DNA from: Candidatus Eiseniibacteriota bacterium
Lineage (GTDB): Bacteria > Eisenbacteria > RBG-16-71-46 > CAVPCR01
NCBI GenBank assembly: GCA_963702435.1
Contig: CAVPCR010000001.1
Span: forward strand, 192,001 to 256,000
Length of the DNA stretch: 64,000 nucleotides
Reading direction: 5' to 3'
Shown here in pieces: positions 55,089-64,000 of the stretch. Under the pieces are notes generated by a model that was not told where the DNA came from, ran no database searches, and saw only the letters and a list, made by a program, of their open reading frames with translations. The position numbers and the translations under genes were made by a program. The first letter of the stretch is position 1; every line of letters begins with the position of its first letter.

Positions 55089-55436
55089 CTAGCCCTTGGG
55101 CGCGTAGCTCCCCAGGGCGTCCGCCACCGAGTCGTAGGACTCGAAGACGCCGGAGAGCTTGGTGATGACGAGCAGGCTCGAGATCTTCTTCTCGATCGCG
55201 CAGAGCTTCACCGTGCCGCCTCGCTGCGTGTAGTTCGTGTGCGCGGAGACCAGGAGGCCGAGGGCGGTCGAGTTGAGATGGTTCACCTTGCCCAGGTCGA
55301 GCACCAGGTGCTTGTTGTCCTTCTTCTTCAGGTCCTCGATCGCTTCACGGAGCTCGACGATCTTGTCGTCGCTCCACAGCGTGCCCTCGGGCGAGAGCAC
55401 CGCCACCGGGCCATGCATGCTGACCTTGACTGCCAT
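55089..55436 (-). CDS. STAS-domain anti-sigma factor antagonist
   Basis: LVLDLGKVNHLNSTALGLL, LLVITKL. Confidence 0.92.
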   Translation of the reverse strand: MAVKVSMHGPVAVLSPEGTLWSDDKIVELREAIEDLKKKDNKHLVLDLGKVNHLNSTALGLLVSAHTNYTQRGGTVKLCAIEKKISSLLVITKLSGVFESYDSVADALGSYAPKG

Positions 55437-55531
55437 TCGATCCCTCCGGGTTCACGCCTGACACGCTCGATCACGTCCCGGGCCATGGAGAACAGGAAGT
55501 CGAGCTCCCCGCCGCCGCCGGACCGCGGATC

Positions 55532-56317
55532 CTAGTAGAGCTGGAACTTGAACGGAATGGCGACCCACACCGCCACCGGCTTCTTGTTCTGCATCGCCGG
55601 CCGGAACACCGCGTTCTTGGCGGCGTCGAGCGCGGCCTGGTCGAGGATGCCGTTGACGCCCTTGCCGACGATCGCGTCCTTGACCTTGCCGTCCTTGCCC
55701 ACCAGCACCTTGACGATGACCGTGCCCTCGATCTTCGCCATCTGCGCCAGCTCGGGATAGACCGGCTGCGGGCGCTCGACGAGCACCGGCTGGTCTTCGT
55801 ACGGCACGAACTCGTCGGGGGAAGGCAGCGCCTCTTCCTGGATGACGAGATCGCCGCCGCCCTCGGTACCCCAGGGCACGCCCTCGCTCAGGTCGGAGCC
55901 GAGTCCGGTGTCGCCCTCGGTGCCGGCGAAGGGGATCTGCGCCTGGCTCGCGATGGTCGTCACCTCCGCCTCCTCCTTCGGCACCGGGACCGGGATACCG
56001 GTCGGCGGGGCCTTGAAGGTCGGGGCCTTGAAGGAGAACTTGGGCGGCTCGACCGGTGCCTGCGCCAGCGACGGCGGGGCCGCGATGTCGCGGTACGGCA
56101 CGAGTCGCACCTGGCGGGTCTTGGCCTGCGCCTCCGCCACGCGCTTCCGGTAGGCCGAGATGCCCATCGTGGTGAGCATCGACGAGAACATGAGCACGAT
56201 CGTGAGCACGAACGCGACCGTGAAGTAGCGCTGGTACTTCGACCGTGTGAGTTGCCTCGCCTGTGGACCGATGTAGTCGATCAGGGGGCGCTCGGAGAGA
56301 TAGGTGCGAAAGCTCAC
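55532..56317 (-). CDS. tonB: energy transducer TonB
   Basis: TM helix, Pro-rich linker, YPELAQMAKIEGTV..VGKDGKV, FRPA. Confidence 0.92.
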   Translation of the reverse strand: MSFRTYLSERPLIDYIGPQARQLTRSKYQRYFTVAFVLTIVLMFSSMLTTMGISAYRKRVAEAQAKTRQVRLVPYRDIAAPPSLAQAPVEPPKFSFKAPTFKAPPTGIPVPVPKEEAEVTTIASQAQIPFAGTEGDTGLGSDLSEGVPWGTEGGGDLVIQEEALPSPDEFVPYEDQPVLVERPQPVYPELAQMAKIEGTVIVKVLVGKDGKVKDAIVGKGVNGILDQAALDAAKNAVFRPAMQNKKPVAVWVAIPFKFQLY

Positions 56318-56811
56318 GACCCGGTCCCCCCTCCGCCCGGCAGGGCGAGCTTGTCATCCTCGGAGAGCGGGGCCAGGCTGTATCGCTCGAGCTTGCCGAG
56401 AATCACCTCGTCGAGGATGTCCACCATGAAGTGGTAGGGCGCACCCCGATCGATCTTGATCACGGCGCAGAGAGCCGGATTCGTGCTCCGGTGCTCGTAG
56501 ACGATCTTGTTGACCTCTTTGACCTCGACCGGCGTCGGATCGTCGAACCCGAGGTTCCAGTAGGTCTTGCCGTCCTTGTCGACGAGGATCTGCAGCACGT
56601 TCTCCTCGGCCACCTCGACGTCGTTCTTCTCGCTCGGCAGGGTGATCTCGAGAGCCTGCGGCCGGCGGAAGACAGTCGTCACCATGAAGAAGATGAGGAG
56701 CAGGAAGGCCACGTCGACCATCGGGGTCATGTCGATCCTGATCCCGCGGCGTAGCTTCTTGCGCTTGCCTTTCTGCTTGGGACCGCCGCCACCGACGTCT
56801 ACCGCGCCCAT
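56314..56811 (-). CDS. exbD: biopolymer transporter ExbD/TolR
   Basis: IDMTPMVDVAFLLLIFFM. Confidence 0.93.
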   Translation of the reverse strand: MGAVDVGGGGPKQKGKRKKLRRGIRIDMTPMVDVAFLLLIFFMVTTVFRRPQALEITLPSEKNDVEVAEENVLQILVDKDGKTYWNLGFDDPTPVEVKEVNKIVYEHRSTNPALCAVIKIDRGAPYHFMVDILDEVILGKLERYSLAPLSEDDKLALPGGGGTGS

Positions 56812-57353
56812 GTTTCACCTCGCTTCTCGGCCGCCCCGGCCGCCGCGCCCGGCGCCTGCGCCAGCCGATCGTCCCGTCCGGTCTCGAGAGAGCTCGTCCC
56901 CCCCTCCGGGAGCGCCTTGCCGCCTTCTTCCTTCTGCGCGCCCTCGCCCTCGGTCATGAGCACGAAGCGGTTGGTGCGCTCGGCCTGGAGGATGTCCATC
57001 ACGTCCTCCATGATCCCGTACTCGCAGTTGCGATCGGCCTTGACGATCATACGCACGCGCGGATTTCTCGTGCGCTCGGTACGCACCCAGGATCCGACCT
57101 GGTCCTTTAGCAGCTTCTGGGCGGGCGAGCGCGGATCGTCCTGCACGTACAGCTCACCGCTCCGCGTGATCGAGAGGATGAGGACGTTCGTCTCCGGGAC
57201 CTTGTACTCGGCGTTCGAGCTGGGGAGGTCGATCGTGACCTCCTCCGGCGGCTTGAACGTCGTCGTGGTCATGAAGAAGATCAACAGCAGGAAGGCCACA
57301 TCGACCATGGGGGTCATGTCGATGTTGACCCCGATTCGCTTAGGCTTGCGCAA
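56799..57353 (-). CDS. exbD: biopolymer transporter ExbD/TolR
   Basis: IDMTPMVDVAFLLLIFFM, IVKADR. Confidence 0.93.
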   Translation of the reverse strand: MRKPKRIGVNIDMTPMVDVAFLLLIFFMTTTTFKPPEEVTIDLPSSNAEYKVPETNVLILSITRSGELYVQDDPRSPAQKLLKDQVGSWVRTERTRNPRVRMIVKADRNCEYGIMEDVMDILQAERTNRFVLMTEGEGAQKEEGGKALPEGGTSSLETGRDDRLAQAPGAAAGAAEKRGETWAR

Positions 57354-58080
57354 CCTGGTTTCCCTTCCCCTTGGCGGTGACCTGGTCCAGCATCTCGTGG
57401 GCCGCCTCGTCGATCGTGTGGTTCAGCGAGTCGACCTTGTTGACGAAGAAGTTGTAGGCGACGATCGCGATGATGGCGACGGTCAGCCCGCCGGCGGTGT
57501 TGACCAGCGCCTCGGAGATACCGAGGGCGAGCTGGATGGCGTCGGGCGCGCCGGTGGTGGCCATGGCCGCGAACGAGCGGATCATACCGATGGTCGTGCC
57601 GAGGAGCCCCACCATGGTCGCGATCGACGCGATGGTGGAGAGCGCGATCAGGTTCCGCTCGAGAATGGGAGCCTCGAGGGCGTTCGCCTCCTCGATGGCG
57701 CGGCGGGTGTAGTCCTGGCGCTCGTAGTCGGACAGGTTGAAGCTGATCGCGTCCTGGAAGCTGACGAGCCCGGCGCGCAGCACGTTGGCGAGCGAACCGC
57801 CCTGCTTCTCGCAGACCGCCATCGCCTGCTCCGCGTTGCCCGACTGCACTTCCTGGCGGAACCGGCGCACGAAGGTGTGCAGATTGCCCTTGCCCTCGGC
57901 GCGCTTGAGCGTGATGAAGCGCTCGAAGATGAAGGTCAAAGCAAGGATGAAGAGCACGATGAGCAGCATGACCAGCGGGCCGCCGGCCTTGATGTTCTCC
58001 GGCAGGAAGTTGTCGAACACGACCCACGCGATCACACACGCGACGATCAGGACGATGGTGAAGAACAGCGACTGTCTCAC
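57340..58080 (-). CDS. exbB: MotA/TolQ/ExbB proton channel
   Basis: TMVGLLGTTIGMIRSF, GISEALVNTAGGL. Confidence 0.95.
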   Translation of the reverse strand: MRQSLFFTIVLIVACVIAWVVFDNFLPENIKAGGPLVMLLIVLFILALTFIFERFITLKRAEGKGNLHTFVRRFRQEVQSGNAEQAMAVCEKQGGSLANVLRAGLVSFQDAISFNLSDYERQDYTRRAIEEANALEAPILERNLIALSTIASIATMVGLLGTTIGMIRSFAAMATTGAPDAIQLALGISEALVNTAGGLTVAIIAIVAYNFFVNKVDSLNHTIDEAAHEMLDQVTAKGKGNQVAQA

Positions 58081-58109
58081 GTTACGTTTCCTCCTTGCGA
58101 TCCGAGTCC

Positions 58110-59783
58110 CTACGACGAACCTCTCCGCTTCTTCTGCTTTGCCTGCTTCTGCATCACTTCATCGACCGCCTGGTAGCCCTGCCTGGCTTCCTGGGAGCTG
58201 GGATCGATGCTGATGGCCTTGCCGAAGAGCGACTTCGCCGTCTGGTAGTTCTCGCTCATGGCGTGACCCTGGGCCAGCCAGATGAGTCCCTGCACGTTAT
58301 CCGGCTCGAGCTGATTCGCCTTCGTCAAGAGTTCGATGGCCGGGCCGACGCGGCCCTGGCTCAGGTTCACGAAGCCGAGGCCCCGCCAGGCCTCGGCGTT
58401 CTGCGGGTCCATGTCGGCCACCTTCTGGTACTCGGCGGCGGCCCCATCCCACTTCGACTGCATGGCCAGGGCCTGGGCGAGCCAGATGTGGGAGCGGGCG
58501 TCGCCGGGGGTGAGCCGCGCGGCGGTCGCCAGCTCGGCAGCACCCTCCGCGGTGCGGCCGGTCTGCAGGTAACAGAGCCCGAGGTTGGTGAAGGCGGCCG
58601 TCGAGGTCGAGTCGATCGCGACACGACGCTGATAGTAGGGGATGGCCTCGGCGTATTCCTTGGCCAGGTAGTGCGTCTGCCCGGCGTAGAAGAGCGCATC
58701 GACGAGCGTCGAGTCACGCTCGAAGGCGCTCATGTAGGCCTGGCGCGCCGTGGCGTAGTCCTTCTGCTCGCGGAGCGCATCGGCGACCGAGAGCCAGTCC
58801 TTCCCCGTCAGGAGCGACTTGTCGATCGACTGGAAGATGGTGACGGCGCGGGCCCGATCCCCGCTCGTATAGACCGCGCGCGCGAGACCGAGCCGGGCCT
58901 GGGGGCTCTCGGGGGCGCTCGTCGTCGCCCGCCCGAAGAGCTCGGCCGCCTTATCGGCCTGCCCCGCCGCTTCCCAGGCGCTCCCCGCCGCAATCAGGTT
59001 GTCCGGCGTGGGCGCCACGTTGGCGAGCCGCTCGAGGACCTTGGCCGCATCGGCGGGCCGCTTGGCGCGAGCGTAGAGGCTCGCGATCTCCTTGTAGGCG
59101 TCCGCGGCGGTCGAGTCGACCCCGATCGCCTGGCCGAAAGCGTCGCGCGCCTCGTCGTACTGCTTCGAAGCGACGAGGAGCCGCCCCTTGCGAATGAGCG
59201 GGGTCGCATCGGTCGGCGTGAGCACGGCGCGATCGTTCAGTCGCTCGACGGCGATCAGGGGCAGGTCCTTGACGAGCGCGATCGAGACGAGGGTGTCGGC
59301 CATCTCGAGACGGGCCGCGTCCGGCGGCGCATCGCCGCGCGTCTGGTCGGCGCGGCTCGCCCCCTGGATGAGCAGCGACTCCGCTTCGTCGAGCTTGCCC
59401 TGCTCCTGCCTGGTGAGCCCCATGCCGAGGAGATAGATGGTCTCGTACTTCGGCTTGTCCTTGCACGACTTGAGGAACTTCTCCGCGTCCGCCGCCTGGT
59501 CCCTGGTCAGGGCGACGCGGGCGAGCCCGTAGTTGGCGAGACAGAGCCCCTCCTCGCGCGGCGCGGTCCCGGCCTGGAACTCCTTGGCCAGGGCGAGCGC
59601 CTTCTGGTACTGGGCGTCGGCCTGATCGACGGCACCCAGTGCGAAGAGTGAATCTCCGGCGCGCGCGTACGCGTAGGGTTCTTCACGGTCCTCGGCGCGG
59701 ACGACCGGCGCAGCGAGAGCGATCACCACGGCGAGGAGTCCACACAGACCGGCGCGAGGCGAGTGACAGAACGTGCTCTGCAT
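58110..59783 (-). CDS. exported tetratricopeptide repeat protein
   Basis: Signal peptide and many TPR units (AFTNLGLCY, AWRGLGFV). Confidence 0.92.
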   Translation of the reverse strand: MQSTFCHSPRAGLCGLLAVVIALAAPVVRAEDREEPYAYARAGDSLFALGAVDQADAQYQKALALAKEFQAGTAPREEGLCLANYGLARVALTRDQAADAEKFLKSCKDKPKYETIYLLGMGLTRQEQGKLDEAESLLIQGASRADQTRGDAPPDAARLEMADTLVSIALVKDLPLIAVERLNDRAVLTPTDATPLIRKGRLLVASKQYDEARDAFGQAIGVDSTAADAYKEIASLYARAKRPADAAKVLERLANVAPTPDNLIAAGSAWEAAGQADKAAELFGRATTSAPESPQARLGLARAVYTSGDRARAVTIFQSIDKSLLTGKDWLSVADALREQKDYATARQAYMSAFERDSTLVDALFYAGQTHYLAKEYAEAIPYYQRRVAIDSTSTAAFTNLGLCYLQTGRTAEGAAELATAARLTPGDARSHIWLAQALAMQSKWDGAAAEYQKVADMDPQNAEAWRGLGFVNLSQGRVGPAIELLTKANQLEPDNVQGLIWLAQGHAMSENYQTAKSLFGKAISIDPSSQEARQGYQAVDEVMQKQAKQKKRRGSS

Positions 59784-59822
59784 CTTGAAGCCTTCAGTCC
59801 ATCCAGAGGCCAGGGGGGCGAG

Positions 59823-60779
59823 CTAATCCTCGGTTCGGAAACGGACCGGAACGGTGGCCGGAACGAGCCCCTTCTCGGCCACGATCCGCTGGCCGCGGTT
59901 GCTCATCACGAAGCTGACGAACCCCGAAACCAGGTCATCCCGCGGGATGCCTCGCGTACCGAAATAGAAGGTACGGACCAGAGGGTACTCCTTCCGGAAT
60001 ACGGTCTCCATGTTCAGCACCCGGAGCGGTCCCCCCTCCGGCGGGGAGAGGGGCAATGCCTTCACACGATCATCGAACTCGGCCATCCCCGCGTACCCGA
60101 CCGCATCGGGATGCTGGGCCACCGAATCCACGATCGCCCTCGTCGTCGTCGCCCGCCCCGCGCCCTCGACGAAGGCCGCTCCGCCGAGCAGGACGTCCTT
60201 GACGAAGTCGGTGGCTCCATTATCAACACCGGTCGTGTACACGCGGATCCACCCCGGCGGGCCCCCAACCTGGGCCCAGTCCGTCGTTTGACCGGAGAAC
60301 AGGGCGCGCGCCTCGGAGAAGGAGAGGGCGTAGACCGGGTTCTCCCGGTTGACGATGATGGCGAGTCCGTCGTAGGCGAAGGGGTAGAGCGCGATGTCCA
60401 CCCCGACCTGGCGGCCGGCCTCTCGCTCGCTGGCAAGGGGCGCTCGCGACAGGACCGCGATGTCGGCCTGCTTGTTGATCAGGGCTTCGAGCCCGACCAC
60501 GGTGCCTCCGCCCTCGACCGTGACCAGAGCCCGCTTGTAGTACGCAACGAACGTGTCGGCCGCGGCCCGCACGAGCGGCAGGGCGGCCTCCGATCCCACG
60601 ACCCGGAGTTTCCCCTCGGTGACTCCGCGATGCGTGGCGTCGCAGCCGGCCAAGACGAAACCCGCGGCCAGCATGAGGATCGCCGCCCCACCCCGGCGCC
60701 ACCGCCACCCAGCCCCGTGCCTGCCCAGTTTCACAGCTAACTTAAATCGCACTTGTGAGATGGAAGGGCGATCCCGCAT
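59823..60779 (-). CDS. PstS-like substrate-binding lipoprotein (true start probably downstream)
   Basis: LAGC lipobox, GSEA, GGGT..G, AYDGLAIIVN, YPLVR, GQRIV. Confidence 0.85.
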   Translation of the reverse strand: MRDRPSISQVRFKLAVKLGRHGAGWRWRRGGAAILMLAAGFVLAGCDATHRGVTEGKLRVVGSEAALPLVRAAADTFVAYYKRALVTVEGGGTVVGLEALINKQADIAVLSRAPLASEREAGRQVGVDIALYPFAYDGLAIIVNRENPVYALSFSEARALFSGQTTDWAQVGGPPGWIRVYTTGVDNGATDFVKDVLLGGAAFVEGAGRATTTRAIVDSVAQHPDAVGYAGMAEFDDRVKALPLSPPEGGPLRVLNMETVFRKEYPLVRTFYFGTRGIPRDDLVSGFVSFVMSNRGQRIVAEKGLVPATVPVRFRTED

Positions 60780-60946
60780 CCGGCTCGACCGCTCCGATGC
60801 CGCCCGCGCCAGAGGATGGACGTCCTTCCGGGAAGAAGGCCCGTGGCTGGATGCGCTGACGGCGCCACGTGCCCGAACCCGACCGCGACCCGACCTGGAG
60901 GTTCAGGCCTCCCGCGCGACCGGACACCTGGAGGAATGGCGCGGGA

Positions 60947-60976
60947 AGGCTACAGGCCGCGGGCTGCAGGTGTCAA
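60947..60976 (-). promoter_or_regulatory. putative sigma70 promoter of the PstS-TPR-exbBDD-tonB-STAS operon
   Basis: Minus strand TTGACA-N18-TAGCCT. Confidence 0.5.
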
Positions 60977-61060
60977 CCGCCGAATCCGCCGTACCGACCG
61001 GCCGATGATCGGCTGGCGGCTCCGCTCGGGGGCCGATCCTCCCCGGGGCCGCGCCTCAAG

Positions 61061-62467
61061 TCATGGCGCGACGACGACCCGCCCCCCGCCGGCCACGCCC
61101 GGGGCCGAGAGCCGGTAGTAGTAGACCCCGCTCGCCACTCGGCGACGGGCCTCGTCGCGGCCGTCCCAGGCGATCTCCTGCGGGCCGCCCGGCAGCGGCC
61201 GGTCCGCGAGCACCCGGACGAGCCGTCCGCCCGCGTCGTACACCCGGAGGTCCACCGTCCCCGCGGCGCCGGTCCGGAAGCGGATCCTCGTCGCCGCCCG
61301 GAACGGATTGGGGGCGCTCTCGACGGCGGCCGCCGCCGCTTCGGCAACCAGCCCGGGATCGGCCACCGCCACCGGCGGCGCCACGTAGCGGAGGATGTAG
61401 GTCCCGGTCTCGCGATCGCTGATGTACACGATCGTCGAGTCGGCCGCGAAGCAGTAGCAACCCCAGGCGCCGTGCGTCGAGCCGTCGTCCGAAGGAGTCG
61501 TGTCGTACCAGCCGACCGGGCGCAGATCGTACGGATCCGATGCGTCCACGACGCGGAGGCCGTCCTGATAGTGCGCGATGTAGCAGGTGGTCCCGCGCAG
61601 GTAGGCGTTGTGGACGAGCGCCCCGGTCGGCGAGATCCACTCGTCGGTCTGCGCGATCTGGTTCAGGTTCCGCACATCCCACATGCGCAGGTGGCCGCCG
61701 ACGTTCTCGTCGGTGGTCACCACGAAGGCGCCGTCCGTGCTCGGCCACGTGTTGTGCGTGAACGCGCCCGGGTAGGTCCACGACCCGAGAACCGGCGGCG
61801 TCCCGGGGAGCGTGACATCGAGCACGACCACCTCGCCGGCGTAGATCGCCGCGCAATAGGCCTTGCCCTGGAAGACCGAGAGATCGTGCACGTAGTTCTG
61901 CACGCTGGCGCCCGACTCGGGCCAGCTCCCGATGTGCGTCGGGGCGAGCGGGTCGGCGGTCAGGTCGAGAATGACGAGCCCCGTGTAGGTCGAGCCGTTG
62001 CGGGTGCCGGCCACGTAGCAGCGCCCGGTCGCCGGATCGATCTTGATCTCATGCGCGCGGGTGAAAGGCACGTCCGGCGGATTCAGGGTGACGGCGAGCG
62101 TCGGCGCCAGCGGATTCGAGAGGTCCACCACCTGGAGCGCGGCGCCTTCGTTTTCGGTCACGATGTAGCAGTAGTGCCCGTAGGTGGACATCTCGCGCCA
62201 GATGGAGACCGGGCCGGGAATGAAGGCCACCTCGACCGCCGCGGTCGGCACGGTGGCGTCGATGAACGTGGTACCGCTCATCGTGCCCGAGATGGCGAGC
62301 TCGGTGCCGCCGGGCGCCGTGTAGCCCCAGTTCCCCGAGTAGCCCTCGCCGCGGTTCAAGTGGCGGAGGAGGACAACGTTCTCCGGAGGGTGCTGCTGGC
62401 CGGCCGCCGGGACGGCGGCGGCACACATGGCCAGCGCGAGGAGCAACGCACAAGAGCGCGTGGTCAT
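61061..62467 (-). CDS. choice-of-anchor-B-like secreted protein with FlgD-Ig C-terminus (paralog of 52370..54799)
   Basis: PPENV.LL..L.RGE.YSGNWGYTAP shared with the paralog; APNPF...WDGRDE...VASGVYYY. Confidence 0.88.
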   Translation of the reverse strand: MTTRSCALLLALAMCAAAVPAAGQQHPPENVVLLRHLNRGEGYSGNWGYTAPGGTELAISGTMSGTTFIDATVPTAAVEVAFIPGPVSIWREMSTYGHYCYIVTENEGAALQVVDLSNPLAPTLAVTLNPPDVPFTRAHEIKIDPATGRCYVAGTRNGSTYTGLVILDLTADPLAPTHIGSWPESGASVQNYVHDLSVFQGKAYCAAIYAGEVVVLDVTLPGTPPVLGSWTYPGAFTHNTWPSTDGAFVVTTDENVGGHLRMWDVRNLNQIAQTDEWISPTGALVHNAYLRGTTCYIAHYQDGLRVVDASDPYDLRPVGWYDTTPSDDGSTHGAWGCYCFAADSTIVYISDRETGTYILRYVAPPVAVADPGLVAEAAAAAVESAPNPFRAATRIRFRTGAAGTVDLRVYDAGGRLVRVLADRPLPGGPQEIAWDGRDEARRRVASGVYYYRLSAPGVAGGGRVVVAP

Positions 62468-62583
62468 CGGGTCCTGCCTTTTGCCTGCGGCGCGGAGGGG
62501 GGGGTGCGGAGGAAGCAACGGGCTCGCTCCGGAACTGCGATCGAAACAAGTATAGCGGAGCGAGCGGCCCGCGGGTGCCCCCG

Positions 62584-64000
62584 TCAGCAAGAACCGGCGC
62601 CGAGGCGGGTGAGGATCTCCCGGCAGAGATCGGTGAGCGAGGGATCGCGCGCCCCCATGACGAGAACGAGATCGCCGGGCAGGGCCGCCGCCGCGATCTC
62701 GGCGACGAGCGCCGCGCGGTCGGGGACAGCCGCGGCGTCCTTCCCGCGAGCACGGATCTCGGCGGCGAGGTCAGCCGACGCGATGTCCCTGGTCGCGGTC
62801 CCGCCCGCATAGAAGATGTCGAGGAGCCACAGCCGATCGGCGGCCTCCAGGCCCTCGGCGAACGCCGCCACGAGATCGTGGCGCAGGAAGCGGGTCGGGC
62901 CGAAGCCGTGCGGCTGGTAGACGGCGAGGACGCGGCGCGGCGCGGCGAGATGCGCGGTCGCGAGCGCCGCCCGGAGCTTGGCCGGGTTGTGCGCGAAGTC
63001 GTCGACCACCGTGACGCCGCCTGCGGTCCCGAGCACCTCGAAGCGGCGGCCGACGCCGCGGAAGGCGGCGAGCGGAGCGGCCAGGGATGCGAGGTCGAGC
63101 CCGGCCGCGCGACAGGCGGCGAGCGCCGCGAGCGCGTTCTCGACGTTGTGCCGGCCCGGCACCGGCACGTGGAAGCGGATGTCATCGAGCGTGAATTCGC
63201 TGCCGTCCGCGGCCAGCGTCACGTCGTCCGCGCGCACCCGGGCGGCGGGACCGCATCCGAACACGAGCGCGCCCGCCCGGAGCGGCTCGAGGTTCTCCCC
63301 TTCCCCGAGGACGAAGGCCTCGCGGGTGCGCGCGCGGAAGGTCTCGAACATCGCACGCACCTCGCTCTCCTCCTTGTGGTCCTTCTGCAGATTGAGGAGG
63401 ACGCCGATCGCGGGCTCGTAGCGGACGAGCGAGCCGTCGCTCTCGTCGGCCTCGACCACGAACCACTCGGAGCGGCCGGCCCAGGCGTTCCCGAGGTAGC
63501 CCTCGGCGGCGAGCGCGCGCACGTCGCCGCCGGTCACCAGCGAGGGATCGCGCCCGGCGGCGCGCAGCAGCTCGAAGATCATGGCGACCACGGTCGACTT
63601 GCCGCTGGTGCCGGCGACCGCGATCGTGCGGCGCGCGGCGACGAGCGCGGCGAGGAGCTCCGAGCGGTGGAAGATGGGGACGCCCCGCGCGCGCGCCGCG
63701 CGGACATCGGGCACCGTGTCCTCGACGGCGGTCGAGACGATGAGGGCGTCGGTCGCGGCGGTGACGCCCGTCCCGTCCTGCGGCTCGAGCGCGACTCCGG
63801 CGCGCTCGAGCGCCGCGCGGATCCCCGGCGCGCCGCCGCGGTCGAAGGTGCGATCGCTGCCCGTCGCCCGCCCGCCGGAGAGCGCCTGGAACTGGGCGAG
63901 CGCGCTCATCCCGCTCCCGGCGACCCCCGCGTAGTGGAACCGGCTCCGCTCCGGAGGCGGCAAGGCGGGCGGGCCGTCGAGGATCACCACCGGATCGCCG
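62584..64000 (-). CDS. murC: UDP-N-acetylmuramate--L-alanine ligase (MurC-like); start at or beyond the window edge
   Basis: GVAGSGMSALA, GTSGKST, VEADESDG, DDFAHNP, YQPHG, MGA. Confidence 0.8.
   Translation of the reverse strand, partial: GDPVVILDGPPALPPPERSRFHYAGVAGSGMSALAQFQALSGGRATGSDRTFDRGGAPGIRAALERAGVALEPQDGTGVTAATDALIVSTAVEDTVPDVRAARARGVPIFHRSELLAALVAARRTIAVAGTSGKSTVVAMIFELLRAAGRDPSLVTGGDVRALAAEGYLGNAWAGRSEWFVVEADESDGSLVRYEPAIGVLLNLQKDHKEESEVRAMFETFRARTREAFVLGEGENLEPLRAGALVFGCGPAARVRADDVTLAADGSEFTLDDIRFHVPVPGRHNVENALAALAACRAAGLDLASLAAPLAAFRGVGRRFEVLGTAGGVTVVDDFAHNPAKLRAALATAHLAAPRRVLAVYQPHGFGPTRFLRHDLVAAFAEGLEAADRLWLLDIFYAGGTATRDIASADLAAEIRARGKDAAAVPDRAALVAEIAAAALPGDLVLVMGARDPSLTDLCREILTRLGAGSC

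Noticed and set aside
60780..60945. Riboswitch ahead of the TonB operon
   Set aside because: Only a short cctccaggt repeat is seen; no cobalamin or TPP consensus recognised by eye.

Overview
High-GC bacterial genomic window. FlgD-Ig-tailed secreted proteins, an ACIII/caa3 operon and an ExbBD-TonB-TPR-PstS cluster suggest an FCB-related lineage such as Eisenbacteria/Krumholzibacteriota (inference only). It has four zones. (1) About 1-29 kb: a run of short, mostly minus-strand accessory genes (PhzF, SRPBCC, VOC, rhodanese, GNAT, DUF488, DUF1572, small membrane proteins) interleaved with intact and decayed attC-like sites and many truncated or chimeric gene remnants. It looks like an eroding integron cassette array with no integrase in the window (CALIN-like), and it contains an orphan NusG-paralog antiterminator. 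(2) About 32.3-44.9 kb: a complete alternative complex III (actABCDEF plus ActG-like gene), SCO and A2-type caa3 cytochrome c oxidase operon. (3) About 45.7-50.4 kb: a second, better preserved cassette array with four attC sites. Its first cassette begins exactly at the GTT of the last unit of a ~97-bp tandem repeat (7+ copies), as though the repeat served as the integration site. This is the strongest candidate for something undescribed. (4) About 50.8-64 kb: housekeeping and envelope genes (S4/YaaA-like, patatin, two choice-of-anchor-B-like proteins, STAS, TonB, two ExbD, ExbB, TPR, PstS-like, Mur ligase). No rRNA, tRNA, CRISPR or integrase was recognised. All family calls come from reading motifs by eye, not from database searches.
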